A program made the translations under genes and the position numbers. Shown piece after piece: positions 48,126 through 58,606 of a DNA stretch of 64,000 bases. Within the stretch, counting starts at the first letter, position 1. Each line of letters starts with the position of its first letter. The stretch is from an uncultured Thermoplasmata archaeon (lineage in GTDB: Archaea; Thermoplasmatota; Thermoplasmata; RBG-16-68-12). Below the pieces are notes generated by a model, which was given only the letters and a program-made list of their open reading frames with translations, searched no databases and had not been told where the DNA came from. The stretch spans positions 768,001-832,000 of the forward strand of contig CAVYJM010000006.1 in the NCBI GenBank assembly GCA_963768855.1, written 5' to 3'.

Positions 48126-48650
48126 ATGTCAGAAGGTCTTGAGTTGGAGAGTCGCCGCCGCATTTACGATTACCTTCTCGCGAACCCGGGTGTGCACCTG
48201 CGCCGGATCGGCCAGGCCCTCGGGATGTCGACGGGCATGCTGTCCTACCATCTCATGTACCTCGAGCGGGAGGGCATGCTGAAATCCGAGACGGATGGCC
48301 ACCGGAAGCGATACTTCATCGCCCGCGCCTTCATGGAGGCGCAGAGGCGGATCCTCGGAGTCCTGCGGCAGGGCGTGCCCCGCAAGATCGTGGTCGAGAT
48401 CCTCCTGCACGGGGAGCGGACCTTCGCCGAGCTCCGTGAGGCAACCGGCGTGTCGAAGTCGACTCTCTCCTACCATCTCCAGCACATGATGGAGCGGGAC
48501 CTCCTCATCCGCTATCGGAGGGAAAGGGAGAGCGTCTTCGCGATCAAAGATATGAACGAGGTGTCGAACCTCCTCGTGTCGAACCGGCAGAGCTTCCACG
48601 ACGACGCGGTCGATCGGTTCGCCGACCTCTGGACACGGCTCCAGCAGTGA
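48126..48650 (+). CDS. Tandem winged-helix (ArsR/MarR-like) transcriptional regulator
   Basis: Two wHTH repeats: LSYHLMYL and SKSTLSYHLQHM. Confidence 0.85.
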   Translation: MSEGLELESRRRIYDYLLANPGVHLRRIGQALGMSTGMLSYHLMYLEREGMLKSETDGHRKRYFIARAFMEAQRRILGVLRQGVPRKIVVEILLHGERTFAELREATGVSKSTLSYHLQHMMERDLLIRYRRERESVFAIKDMNEVSNLLVSNRQSFHDDAVDRFADLWTRLQQ

Positions 48651-48662
48651 GCGCCCGCGGGC

Positions 48663-49934
48663 TCAGCCGTTCTTCATGTACTCCCGCAAGAGGCAGGTCG
48701 CGTACGCCCCGCGGGTGAGCTCGACCGACACTTCCAGCCTTCCCTCCGCCACGCGGGCATCGATCGACCGAATCGGCGCGAGGATCTCCCGTCGCGTCCC
48801 CCGCGAGGAGATGCGCGGGATCTCGGGGATGATGAAATCCTCCGGCCGCACGCCCTCTGCGGCGACGACGGCCCTCTCGATCTCCCCCATCTCGCCGTCG
48901 GCGAAGGCCGTCTCGGACCCGTAGAGGACCGCGCTCACCCAGGCCTTCCCCGCCCGGCACCGCTCCGCGACCCGCTCCCAGTTGTCCGCGGTGACCTCGA
49001 TCGTCCGCTCCCGGTCCGGGAGCCCGCGTCGGTCCGCGGGCAGGACGAGGTCCCCCTCGATAGGTTCGTGGATTGGGAGGCCGCGCCGCATGCGCTCGCT
49101 CAGGATGAGGTTGTAGAGGAACGACTGGTACGCATGGACGAACATGATCAGCAGGTTCAGCGGGAGGACCTGGAGCGCGCCGACCGCGTCGTCCGGATGG
49201 ACCGCCAGATGGCTCAGGATCGCCTTCTCAAACGTGTAGGCACGCGGATAGTTGTGAAGGGCTTCCTTCACGTCGCCGCTCTCGGCGAGCGCGGAGCGGA
49301 CCTCGAACGACTCCGCGTCCTCCCCCTCGATCGGGTTCGCGACGTAGGTCTCCACCGCCTTCCTGAATTCTCCCCGTACGATCTGCCGGCCGACCTGGTG
49401 GGTCACGGGCCGGACGGAGCCGAACCGCTGGACGCCGAAGAAGTTGGGGAATCCCCGGAACGCCTCGAGCTGGCGGGTCGTCTCGGCGACGACCCGGGTC
49501 GCCTCATCCGAGGGCAGCCGCAGGTCGCGGACGACGATCCGGAATCCGTTGCCCACGAGATCGCCGATCTCGAGCGGCCGCGAGGACGTGTACGCCTCGA
49601 GGACGTCGACATCCTTGAGGCGCAAATCCCGCACCGTCTCGGGCGAGATGCGCTCGAAGGAAAACAGCTGGGTCGTCCACGCGCGTTTGTCCTTGGTCCC
49701 CGCGAAGCCGATGCGCCGTCGAGAGATGCGGAGGCTCCGGGCGAGCTGCCGGACGAGCCGGTTCGTCTCCCACTCGCGGACGCGCAGCCGCGCGATCGTG
49801 TACACGCCATCCGGGTCAGGGACGCGGTCTTCCGACACCTCTTCGACAACGAAGTCCTCCGCGGTGGCTTTGAGGACCCCACCCACGCCGGGCGTGGTGG
49901 TCAGGAAGCCATCGATCCCGAGGTCCCGCTCCAT
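48663..49934 (-). CDS. truD: tRNA pseudouridine(13) synthase
   Basis: EDFVVEE, FAGTKDKRA, PNFFGVQRFG, HAYQSFLYN, GAYAT. Confidence 0.93.
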   Translation of the reverse strand: MERDLGIDGFLTTTPGVGGVLKATAEDFVVEEVSEDRVPDPDGVYTIARLRVREWETNRLVRQLARSLRISRRRIGFAGTKDKRAWTTQLFSFERISPETVRDLRLKDVDVLEAYTSSRPLEIGDLVGNGFRIVVRDLRLPSDEATRVVAETTRQLEAFRGFPNFFGVQRFGSVRPVTHQVGRQIVRGEFRKAVETYVANPIEGEDAESFEVRSALAESGDVKEALHNYPRAYTFEKAILSHLAVHPDDAVGALQVLPLNLLIMFVHAYQSFLYNLILSERMRRGLPIHEPIEGDLVLPADRRGLPDRERTIEVTADNWERVAERCRAGKAWVSAVLYGSETAFADGEMGEIERAVVAAEGVRPEDFIIPEIPRISSRGTRREILAPIRSIDARVAEGRLEVSVELTRGAYATCLLREYMKNG

Positions 49935-49938
49935 ACGT

Positions 49939-50214
49939 CTACGCGATCTCCTTCTCCAGGAGTTTCTTCGCGCCTGCGTAGTCGTCCGCAAGACCCTTCG
50001 CCGCGCGCTTGAGGGCCGCCTCGGGCGCCCCCTTCTTCGTACGGATCGTGAGCACGGGCTTGTCGAGCTGCGGGTGACCGCTGTAGTAGAGGGCGTCCGC
50101 CACGTCGCCATCCTTGAGGAGCGCGGTGATTAGAGGCTGAATGAGCGTCTCGTCAGGGTTCGTGACCTCGACGCGGAGGGAGTCCTTCTGTTTCTCTAGG
50201 AGGCGCAGCTGCAT
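49939..50214 (-). CDS. rpoL: RNA polymerase subunit Rpo11 (RpoL)
   Basis: DETLIQPL...Y.GHPQLDKP; 91 aa; TATA about 27 nt upstream. Confidence 0.8.
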   Translation of the reverse strand: MQLRLLEKQKDSLRVEVTNPDETLIQPLITALLKDGDVADALYYSGHPQLDKPVLTIRTKKGAPEAALKRAAKGLADDYAGAKKLLEKEIA

Positions 50215-50239
50215 CGACGGCGGCTCAGGGGGAGCCGCC

Positions 50240-50251
50240 ATTTAAGGCTTT
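50240..50251 (-). promoter_or_regulatory. BRE-TATA for probably leaderless rpoL
   Basis: AAAGCCTTAAAT starting 26 nt upstream of ATG 50214. Confidence 0.55.
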
Positions 50252-50430
50252 GCGGGCCCCGGCGCCTCGACGGCCCTCGGAGCGGGCGCCGGCTGCGCAG
50301 GTCCAGGTGACCGCCGGCGCAGAAGGGGGTCCGCCCTATCTCCATCGCCATGAGGTCCTGTCGCACGTCCGCGGCGCGACGGCCTCCCTGGCTCGGAACC
50401 TAAATATCGAAGAGCCCATTCGTGGTGGCG

Positions 50431-51615
50431 ATGACCCCTCCGGACGGCTCGGAGGCGGGTTCGTTCGAGCAGGACGCACCCGCGCTGCTCGAAGAGATCG
50501 GCCGGATGCGGAGGAAGTTCGCTGACCTGCCCGGCGCGCTGAGCGGAGAGCTCGACCGGTTCCGGGACCGGATGGACAAGCTCATCCGAGAATCAGAGGT
50601 CGACAACTACCGTCAGATCCGCATCTTCCTCCGGGACGTGGACGCGCTCGCGGCGGACCTCCGGAAAGCCGCCGCCGAGAAGCGCCTCATTCCCCGGCAC
50701 GTGGCCATCCTGGACGCAAGCCTGCGCAAGGCGCGGAAGCGCGACTTCTACGGTGCGCGCAAGGTGTGGCACAAGCTCGACAAGATCGTCGAGCAGTCCT
50801 CCGGGCTGCGAGAACTCCAGGACGACTACCGCGATCGGTACCGGGCGGTGGAGGCCCGCATGCGAGACCTGCGCCGGCGTGTGGAGCATCTGGGGCGGGT
50901 GCCGAAGCCGCCCGCATCACCGAGAGAGAGTGACGGATTCGTCCGCGAGATCGAGTCGTTCAATCGGGCCGCGGAGGCGGCCTACCTCGACTTCCTCGCG
51001 CGGGCTCACGCAGATGTCTCGATTCCCTTGCTCCTCGACACCTGTCAGCACCGTGGGGTGGGGATCCCCGCTCCGCCGCAGGGTTCTGACCCGGACCCGC
51101 TGATCCGCCTGCTCTCCGGCGCTGGACCCGGCCACGACGAGGTTCGCGCCCGCTCCTTCTACGGGCTGCTCGAACTCCCCGGCTATTCCGACGCGAAGCT
51201 CACGCACCTCTACGGCGACTCCCGCCTCATCCGGACCGCGTTGGATGCCGCTTGGCCTTGGCTTAAGGCGGTGCGAGACGACGAGAAGCGGTCGCTCCTG
51301 ATCCTCTGGAGCGAGGACGCCCTCGGTCTGGAGCGGCGTGTGGCCGCTCTGGTCGATTTCCTCGAGCACCTGAACCCTTCGAACGACGCGCTCGATCGGG
51401 GCAAAGCGCTTCTAGAGGAGCTGACGAGCGGGAGGTTCTCCACGCTCCAGTCCGCATCGCGTCTGTACGCCACCCACGGCAAGGACGCCGAGGCAAAGTT
51501 CGACGGTCGGGCCGAGAAGGAGATCGAGACCGCGAGGCGGGAGATCGCCCGCCTCACCGCGGTCCTCAAGAAGTTCCCTGACCCTGCGAAGGTGGAAGCG
51601 GGAGACTTGGGCTGA
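50431..51615 (+). CDS. Hypothetical alpha-helical/coiled-coil protein
   Basis: About 394 aa, charged helical composition, CCTAAATA about 25 nt upstream; no recognised motif. Confidence 0.7.
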   Translation: MTPPDGSEAGSFEQDAPALLEEIGRMRRKFADLPGALSGELDRFRDRMDKLIRESEVDNYRQIRIFLRDVDALAADLRKAAAEKRLIPRHVAILDASLRKARKRDFYGARKVWHKLDKIVEQSSGLRELQDDYRDRYRAVEARMRDLRRRVEHLGRVPKPPASPRESDGFVREIESFNRAAEAAYLDFLARAHADVSIPLLLDTCQHRGVGIPAPPQGSDPDPLIRLLSGAGPGHDEVRARSFYGLLELPGYSDAKLTHLYGDSRLIRTALDAAWPWLKAVRDDEKRSLLILWSEDALGLERRVAALVDFLEHLNPSNDALDRGKALLEELTSGRFSTLQSASRLYATHGKDAEAKFDGRAEKEIETARREIARLTAVLKKFPDPAKVEAGDLG

Positions 51616-51900
51616 CGCGGGCGTTCGCCCGCTGTCTGCGGTTCGCGCCACAAACTCGATTGCTGAGGTAGCGCCACGAAGAACGTAATTTCGACGGTGG
51701 CGAAGACCGCGATGAAGTCACGTGGTAGGGGGCACGTGCCGTCGAACCGTCTTGGGATATCACGCTGCATCGCGATGCATCTCGGCACGCTACTGACGTC
51801 AATCGAGACTCCGCCGAGCCGGTGGAGCGGGGCGCGGGCTCCGTGCGGGTCGTCTGCTCCTTACGATACGGTTAAGAGTCTCCTGCCCCGTCGTTCCCCC

Positions 51901-52665
51901 GTGCCTGTGTCCGATCCTGCCGGCGACTCCGAGGCGGTGGAGCTCCCGCGCGACCCGGCCCCCCGCATTTCGGTCATCATCCCTTCCTGGAACGAGGCGA
52001 GTACCCTTCCAGGGTTGCTCGAGACCCTGCGGCATCAGACCGTCTCGGATTTCGAGATCATCCTGGCAGATTCGGGAAGCACGGACGCGACCGCCGAGGT
52101 GGCCGCTTCGTTCGGAATACGGGTTTCCCCGGGCAGACGGATGGGTCCGGCGGAGGGCCGCAACCGCGGGGCGCGGTTGGCCCGTTCAGACATTCTCGTG
52201 TTCATGGATGCGGACTGCCTCGTGCCTCCCGTTCTGCTCGAGCAGGTCGTGAAGGCGCTTGGCGACCTCAAGGTAATCGGGGGCGCAACGCTCTTCCGAC
52301 CCCTGGAGGGCACGGCCCCCGAGCGGCTCCTCTTCTTCCTGGCGAACGCGTACCAGCGAGCCACGATCGCATGGGGCTGGCCGCACAACGCCGGTTTCTG
52401 CTTCTTCTTCCGTCGCAGTGCCTTCGATCAGCTCGGGGGGATGCGGGAAGACATGCTCCTTAACGAGACGCACGATGTCGCCCTGCGCTCGAGAGGCCTT
52501 GGCCGGTTCGTGAGCCTCCCTGTTGCGGTCGACACCTCCGTGCGCCGGTTCCGCAGGAACGGGTTCATGAAGACGGTCCTCCACGAGTACCTTGGGTCGA
52601 CGATTCTCTACTACTTGACGAAGCAGAGTCCTGCGACGGTCTTCCGGCCCGAGCCCGTTCGTTGA
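51901..52665 (+). CDS. Glycosyltransferase family 2
   Basis: SVIIPSWNE, DSGSTD, RNRGA, FMDAD, TSVRRF. Confidence 0.88.
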   Translation: MPVSDPAGDSEAVELPRDPAPRISVIIPSWNEASTLPGLLETLRHQTVSDFEIILADSGSTDATAEVAASFGIRVSPGRRMGPAEGRNRGARLARSDILVFMDADCLVPPVLLEQVVKALGDLKVIGGATLFRPLEGTAPERLLFFLANAYQRATIAWGWPHNAGFCFFFRRSAFDQLGGMREDMLLNETHDVALRSRGLGRFVSLPVAVDTSVRRFRRNGFMKTVLHEYLGSTILYYLTKQSPATVFRPEPVR

Positions 52666-52741
52666 ACGCCTGCGGGCGTCCGTGGATGCCGGGGCCACCG
52701 CCATCCTCATAGCCCATTTGCGCCTCCCTCGCGCGGGGGCC

Positions 52742-53608
52742 ATGGGGACCTACGATTGGTTCGGACTCTCCCTCGCCACGGTCGTCATCTGGGGATTCGG
52801 GACCCTCGTCTCGAAACCGGCGACGATGCGGCTCGGCACGCGCAAGATGCTCGCGTTCGTCGGATTCGCGGAGGGCTCAGCCTACTTCGTCCTCTTCCTG
52901 CTGGTCCGGACGCCTCTCGGTCCGACGTCCGGGGACGCGCTCCTTGCGGCGTTCCTGGCCTCCCTCACGGGCACTTTGGGTTACATCTTCTACTACGAAG
53001 GGATCCTGATCGGCACCGTCGGCCTGATGGGGACGGTGACCGCGGCTTACCCGGCGCCGACGATTCTCCTTTCGATCTGGCTCCTGGGGGATTCCATCAG
53101 CGCGCTCCAGGCCGCCGGGATTGCCTTGGTCCTGCTCTGCGTGCTCGTCCTGAGCCGTCCGCCGGAAACCGGTCGCTCCGGAGGCCGCGCCGCCGTGTTC
53201 TTCGCCCTGCTCGCCTTCGTCTCCTGGGGACTGTGGGGCTACTTCGCGAAAGTGGCCGTCGACGGCGTCGGGGAGGGGAACCTCTTCGGATTCTATGCCC
53301 TGTCTAATCTCCTGGTCATCGGATTGTTCCTCGGGCTGACTCGGAAGCGCCCCCTCGAGGCGCCCCACGCCGGGCGTGGGCGCGGCATCACCCTCGGGAT
53401 CGTGGATGTGGTCCTCGGAGCCAGCGGAGTGATCGTCCTGACCTATGCCTACGGATTGGCCCCCGCCTCGCTTGTGTCAGCCGTGACGGGGTCCTACCCG
53501 CTGGTCTCCATGCTCGCCGCACATTTCCTCCTCAAGGAGCGGTTCGGTTGGAAGGATGCCGTCGCGCTTGCCCTGTTCATCCCGGGAATAGTTCTCATCG
53601 CCTTCTGA
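52742..53608 (+). CDS. EamA/DMT family transporter
   Basis: Two 5-TM repeats, VTAAYP / VTGSYP. Confidence 0.85.
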   Translation: MGTYDWFGLSLATVVIWGFGTLVSKPATMRLGTRKMLAFVGFAEGSAYFVLFLLVRTPLGPTSGDALLAAFLASLTGTLGYIFYYEGILIGTVGLMGTVTAAYPAPTILLSIWLLGDSISALQAAGIALVLLCVLVLSRPPETGRSGGRAAVFFALLAFVSWGLWGYFAKVAVDGVGEGNLFGFYALSNLLVIGLFLGLTRKRPLEAPHAGRGRGITLGIVDVVLGASGVIVLTYAYGLAPASLVSAVTGSYPLVSMLAAHFLLKERFGWKDAVALALFIPGIVLIAF

Positions 53609-53820
53609 CGCGGGACAGTTCGGGAGTCCGAAACCGAGGAATCCTCGGTTCCGTTCGTCGGCCTGTCCGTGTCGGCGCCCCTCGACGCGAAGGCCGTCGA
53701 GACGGACACCCCTCCGAGCTGTGGTCCGGTCTCGGAACCGATCGCGCGGAACGCGGGTCCATGCAGTAATTACCCACACTTCTAAGAGGGCAGGGAGGCT
53801 TTCGCGCCAGCGGTGAGCGG

Positions 53821-54444
53821 ATGAATTGCCCGAGTTGCGGCGTGGAAAATGGCAGTGAGGCCCGGTTCTGCAAGTCCTGCGCCACCCCCCTTCCGGAGGC
53901 TGCTCCCAGCCCACCCACCGTTCCGGCCATGGCTGCACCCCCTGTGCCGCCGCCCCCTCCGGCGCGGCATCGCCAGCCTCATGAAGAGTTCGTCGGGCTT
54001 CTCGGGTTCGCGTTCTTCCTGATCGCCCTCGCGGTCGTCTTCGGCCTGAACCCGAACCTGATCTCGGACCTGCGCGCCTGGTCCCAGTTGGCCTCCGACA
54101 ACCACACGATCTTCGTCCGGCCCCCCGATGCGGTCATCACGAGCGCCGCGTGGTTCTTCGGACTCATGGGGGTGCTCGAGTTCGTGGCCGCGGCGATCCG
54201 ATGGGCGCTGGGCTGGACGCCGCTCCGCTCGGCGGCGCGCGCCCTCTCGGGCGTCGCGGACCTGATGTTCTCCGCCCTGCTCTTCCTGTACGTGGCCCGC
54301 TCGCTCTCCGGCACGTTCCTCGTGAGCGTCCTCGTGGGCGTCTTCGCGATCCTCCTGATCATCTACGTCACGCTGGGCGTCTACTGGTCGACGCCGCGGG
54401 CTGGCCCCCGCCACGAGTTCGGGCAGCCTCGGATCCAGGGCTAG
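53821..54444 (+). CDS. Zinc-ribbon membrane protein
   Basis: CPSCG..N..ARFCKSC, Pro-rich linker, 4 TM segments. Confidence 0.78.
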   Translation: MNCPSCGVENGSEARFCKSCATPLPEAAPSPPTVPAMAAPPVPPPPPARHRQPHEEFVGLLGFAFFLIALAVVFGLNPNLISDLRAWSQLASDNHTIFVRPPDAVITSAAWFFGLMGVLEFVAAAIRWALGWTPLRSAARALSGVADLMFSALLFLYVARSLSGTFLVSVLVGVFAILLIIYVTLGVYWSTPRAGPRHEFGQPRIQG

Positions 54445-54495
54445 ACCGAGCGAACCCTTATCCCGCGCACGGGCGTTTCGGGTCCGGGGATCACG

Positions 54496-54801
54496 ATGCA
54501 GCAGACACCACCTCCTCAGGGACCGCCATGGGGCGGCCCACCTCCGACCGGACCTCCCTGGGGAATGCCGGGATGGGCGCGCCGCGGGATGCGTTGGCGG
54601 ACGAGTCTCACGATTCTACTCGGGACGGGATGGCTCGTCTTCATCCTGTTGTACGCCGCGTTCTGGTCCGGGGGATTCAGCCTATTCCAGAACCTCGTGA
54701 TCTTCTTCGCCTCCATCATCGTCGTGATGGGCGGCCTGGCCGCGATCTGGGCTTCGTGGGGGATGCGGTTCGCTGGCGGCAATTGGGAGCACTGGCGGTA
54801 G
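54496..54801 (+). CDS. Small membrane protein with Pro-rich N-terminus
   Basis: GPPWG repeated twice, two TM segments. Confidence 0.65.
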   Translation: MQQTPPPQGPPWGGPPPTGPPWGMPGWARRGMRWRTSLTILLGTGWLVFILLYAAFWSGGFSLFQNLVIFFASIIVVMGGLAAIWASWGMRFAGGNWEHWR

Positions 54802-54854
54802 CCGGCCGACGCCATCCTCATGTGCCCGAGCGCCATCGGGTCCCGAGGAGTCCC

Positions 54855-55952
54855 ATGGCCACCGTGGAGAAGCTCGCGCGATCCATCGTCCGTGAAAGTC
54901 TGAGGCCCAGAGAGTACGAGCCCGTTATCATCAGCACCTTCCCGCACACGCTGGACCTCGCGGAGCACGTCGACCTCGAATGCCAGAAGGTCGGGGCGGA
55001 TCCGTTCATCGTCGTCGACACGGACCGGGTCTTCTACGGCCAGTTCAAGAACTACTCCGACGAGAACCTGAAGAAGGTCTCCGCGCACTGCATCGGGATC
55101 GCGGAGTACGCACGTTCGTATGTCTGGCTCGGCGGCCCGAGGGACCCCGGTCCCATGGCCCGGGTGCCGCGTGCGAAGTTCGCGGCGATGTTCGAGGGGG
55201 AGCAAGCTCACTACGACAAGAACCGGGTCACGAAACCCAAGAACGTCGTCGTGGCGGTGGGCATGGTCACGCGGGAACGGTCCCGGGTGTACGGCTTGAA
55301 CTTCCCGAAGTGGAAGGGCATGGTCGAGGACGCCATCGCGGTGAACTATGCGAGGCTCCAGGACGCGGGGACGCGCGCGGCGGCCCGCCTGGCCCGGCCG
55401 ACGGATGTGCGGATCACGGCGGAAAACGGGACGGACCTCCGCTTCCGGCTTGCCGGCGAAGCGCGGAAGCCGGACGTCGACGACGGGGTGATCAGCGACG
55501 AGGACATCGCCTCGGACAACACGGACGCCAGCCTTCCCGCGGGAGCCGTCTGGGTCGCGCCCGTGGAGGCGAGCGCCCAGGGCACCTTCGTGTGCGACGT
55601 CGGCGTGCCCCAGGTCGGCCGCGTGATCGAAGGCCTCTCCTGGACCTTCAAGGATGGCCACGCGATCGAGTTCACCGCAAAGCGGAACCTGGTGGCGGCC
55701 CAGACGAACTGGGAGGGGGCGACCGGAGACCGGGACATGTTCGGCGCGTTCGGCCTCGGGCTGAACCCTCGCGCGAAGCCGGGCTTCCTGCAGAACGCGG
55801 TCGTCGCAGGGGCCGCCACGATCGGCATCGGGGAGAACCGGGACGCCGGAGGGACGAACGCGTCGTCCTACGGGTTCGCGGGGACCCTCGTCTCAGGGAC
55901 CGTCGAGATCGGCGGCACGACCGTCATCGACCGCGGGAAGTGGGTCGCGTAG
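54855..55952 (+). CDS. M29 (thermophilic metallo-aminopeptidase) fold protein with degenerate metal ligands
   Basis: GTDLRF, LPAG.VWVAP, FGLGLNP, IGIGEN scaffold; expected E/H/D ligands replaced. Confidence 0.75.
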   Translation: MATVEKLARSIVRESLRPREYEPVIISTFPHTLDLAEHVDLECQKVGADPFIVVDTDRVFYGQFKNYSDENLKKVSAHCIGIAEYARSYVWLGGPRDPGPMARVPRAKFAAMFEGEQAHYDKNRVTKPKNVVVAVGMVTRERSRVYGLNFPKWKGMVEDAIAVNYARLQDAGTRAAARLARPTDVRITAENGTDLRFRLAGEARKPDVDDGVISDEDIASDNTDASLPAGAVWVAPVEASAQGTFVCDVGVPQVGRVIEGLSWTFKDGHAIEFTAKRNLVAAQTNWEGATGDRDMFGAFGLGLNPRAKPGFLQNAVVAGAATIGIGENRDAGGTNASSYGFAGTLVSGTVEIGGTTVIDRGKWVA

Positions 55953-55969
55953 GCCGGGGTCCGCCCGAC

Positions 55970-56380
55970 TCAGCTGGCCGCCGGGCGGAACTTGTAGCCG
56001 TAGTGGATCACGCCGGCGTCGCCTTCCTGGCCGAGCTTGCGGAAGGTGGCTTGGACCCGCATCCCGATTTTGACGTCCTCGGGCTTGACGTCGATGAGCT
56101 GGCTCGTGAGCCGGACGCCTTCCTCCATCTCGATGATCGCCATCACGTAGGGCTTCTGCATGTCAAACTGGGACGGCGCGTCGTAGATCGTGGTGTACGT
56201 GACGACGGTCCCCTTCCCGCCGAGCTTGTAGGTCTGCATCTTCCCCACGGACTTGCGGCCGCAGTCCGGGCATACGGACCTCGGGGGGAAGTCGACCTTG
56301 CCGCAGTTCCCGCACTTCGTGCCGACCAGGTTGTAGCGGCTCTGGATCTCCCGCCAGAACCGGGGGATGGCCGTGCCCAT
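55970..56380 (-). CDS. DUF35 Zn-ribbon/OB-fold scaffold protein
   Basis: CGNCG..FPPR..CPDC, YGYKF. Confidence 0.9.
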   Translation of the reverse strand: MGTAIPRFWREIQSRYNLVGTKCGNCGKVDFPPRSVCPDCGRKSVGKMQTYKLGGKGTVVTYTTIYDAPSQFDMQKPYVMAIIEMEEGVRLTSQLIDVKPEDVKIGMRVQATFRKLGQEGDAGVIHYGYKFRPAAS

Positions 56381-56381
56381 C

Positions 56382-57551
56382 TCAGTCCCCCCGCTCGAAG
56401 AGATGCACGACGGCCGTGGCGCCGGTGCCTCCGAGGGTGTGCGTGAGACCGTGCATCGCGCCGACGACCTGCCTCTTGCCGGCCTCCCCGCGGAGCTGCT
56501 TCACGATCTCGACCGCCTGGGCGACGCCCGTGGCGCCGACCGGCTGGCCTCGGGCCTTCAGCCCGCCCGAGGTGTTCACGGAGATCTGGCCGTTCAGCGC
56601 GGTCACCCCGTCGACCGTGGCGGGGCCGCCCTTGCCCTTCTCCACGAACCGCAGGTCCTCGATCGCGAGGATCTCGGTGATCGTGAAATTGTCGTGGACC
56701 TCGGCGACCTGGATGTCCTTGGGCTCGAGCTTCGCCTGCTGGAAGGCACGCTTCCCCGCGACGACCGTTGCGTCCATCGTGAGGAGGTCCCTGCGGTCAT
56801 GGAGGGCGAGGAAGTCGCTCGCCTGTCCGGAGCCGCGCAGGAGAATCGGGGTGTCCGTGAACTTCCGTGCCCGGTCCGCGGAGCACAGGACGACGGCCGC
56901 GGCCCCGTCGGACAGGGGCGCGCAATCGAACAGTCCGAGGGGGTCCGCGACGAGCGGGGCGTTCAGGACCGTCTCGAGGGTGATCTCCTTCTGGAACTGG
57001 GCCTCGGGGTTGAGGGAGCCGTTCTTGTGGTTCTTCACCGCGACGGCGGCGAGCTGCTCGCGCTTCGTGCCGTACTCGTACATGTGGCGTCGTGCCATCA
57101 TCGCATAGAGCCCGGCGAAGGTCGCCCCGAAGACGCTCTCCCACTCCTGGTCTGCGGTGCTCGAGAGGATCTCCGCGGCCTGAACATCCCCGACGTCGGT
57201 CATCTTCTCCGCGCCGCCGACCACGACGATGTCGTACATCCCGGAGGCGATCGCGAGGCGTGCCTGCATCAGGGCGATTGCGCCGCAGGCGCCGCCCCCT
57301 TCGACCCGCACGGTCGGGAGGTGGTGCTTCGCCAGGCCCGAGTAGTCCGCGACGAGAGCCGACACATGCTCCTGATCGATGAACTTCCCCGCGGACATGT
57401 TGCCGATGTAGATTGCGTCGATGTCCTCGGACGCGATCTTCGCGTCTTGGATGGCCTTGAGCCCCGCCTCGATTCCGAGGTCGCGGAAGGATCGGTCCCA
57501 GAGCTCCCCGAACTCGGTCTCCCCCACGCCGATGACGGCCACATCGCGCAC
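56382..57551 (-). CDS. Archaeal acetoacetyl-CoA thiolase
   Basis: [29 protein letters not shown]. Confidence 0.9.
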   Translation of the reverse strand: MRDVAVIGVGETEFGELWDRSFRDLGIEAGLKAIQDAKIASEDIDAIYIGNMSAGKFIDQEHVSALVADYSGLAKHHLPTVRVEGGGACGAIALMQARLAIASGMYDIVVVGGAEKMTDVGDVQAAEILSSTADQEWESVFGATFAGLYAMMARRHMYEYGTKREQLAAVAVKNHKNGSLNPEAQFQKEITLETVLNAPLVADPLGLFDCAPLSDGAAAVVLCSADRARKFTDTPILLRGSGQASDFLALHDRRDLLTMDATVVAGKRAFQQAKLEPKDIQVAEVHDNFTITEILAIEDLRFVEKGKGGPATVDGVTALNGQISVNTSGGLKARGQPVGATGVAQAVEIVKQLRGEAGKRQVVGAMHGLTHTLGGTGATAVVHLFERGD

Positions 57552-57553
57552 GT

Positions 57554-58606
57554 TCACTCCTCCCGGAGCAGGATCTTGCCGCGGTACTTCGCGTAGGTCG
57601 CGTAGTCCACGAACGCATGGTCCTCGATCATCTGTTTCACCGTCGGAGTCGCGTTCCGGCGGATCTTCGTGATCTGGTCGGTCACCGTGAGGTCGAAGCC
57701 GTCCGAGCCCGCGCCGGAGCCGTAGCCCACGGCGAAGATCCGGTCGCCCGGGTCCGCCTCGTCCAGGATGGCGCTCAGGCCGACGAGGATCGCTCCGCTG
57801 TACGTGTTGCCGATGTCCCGGACGCAGAGGCCCGCGTCGATCTGGGCGTCCTTGAACCCGAGCTGCTTCGCGGCCCGCACGGGGAACTTCCCGTTGGGCT
57901 GGTGGAAGACGGCGTAGTCGTAGTCCTGGGGCTGGCTCCCCACCTGCTTGAACAGGAGCTGGGCGCAGTTGATCACGTGCTTGAAGTACGCGGGCTCTCC
58001 CGTGAACCGTCCGCCGTGGCTCGGATACCGCTGTCCCTCGCGACGCCAGAAGTCCGGCGTGTCCGTGGTGTAGGAGACCGTGTGGCTGATGTCCGCGATC
58101 GTGTGGTCGGTCCCGATGAGCAGGGCCGCCCCGCCGGCCGAGGCGCTGTACTCGAGCGCGTCCCCCGGGGCTCCCTGGCTCGTGTCCGTGCCGACCGCCA
58201 TCCCGTACTTCATCATCTTGGAGAGCGTGAGGCCCATCGTGGTCTGGACCGCCGCGGTGCCCGCCTTGCAGGCGAACTCGAAGTCCGCCGCGGTCAGGAT
58301 GGGGGTCGAGCCGATGGCCTCCGCGACGATCGTCGCGGTCGGCTTCACGGCATACGGGTGGGACTCGCTCCCGACGTAGATCGCGCCGATGTCCGTGGGG
58401 TTGATGTCCACCTTGGCCATGCACGCCCGCGCGGCCTCGACGCTGATGGTGATCACGTCCTCGTCCGGGCCCGGGACGCTCTTCGCCTTGATGTTCAGGG
58501 ACCGGCCCATGGCCTCGCCGTCGTTGCCCCAGACCGCTCCGATGACCTTCGGCGTGATCCGGTATCTCGGAATGTAGGCTCCGTAGCTCACGATTCCTGC
58601 TTTCAT
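57554..58606 (-). CDS. Hydroxymethylglutaryl-CoA synthase
   Basis: [37 protein letters not shown]. Confidence 0.93.
   Translation of the reverse strand: MKAGIVSYGAYIPRYRITPKVIGAVWGNDGEAMGRSLNIKAKSVPGPDEDVITISVEAARACMAKVDINPTDIGAIYVGSESHPYAVKPTATIVAEAIGSTPILTAADFEFACKAGTAAVQTTMGLTLSKMMKYGMAVGTDTSQGAPGDALEYSASAGGAALLIGTDHTIADISHTVSYTTDTPDFWRREGQRYPSHGGRFTGEPAYFKHVINCAQLLFKQVGSQPQDYDYAVFHQPNGKFPVRAAKQLGFKDAQIDAGLCVRDIGNTYSGAILVGLSAILDEADPGDRIFAVGYGSGAGSDGFDLTVTDQITKIRRNATPTVKQMIEDHAFVDYATYAKYRGKILLREE

Noticed and set aside
51616-51900. C/D-box sRNA or small ORF in this spacer
   Set aside because: The C box is imperfect and too far from CTGA; the ORFs lack convincing features
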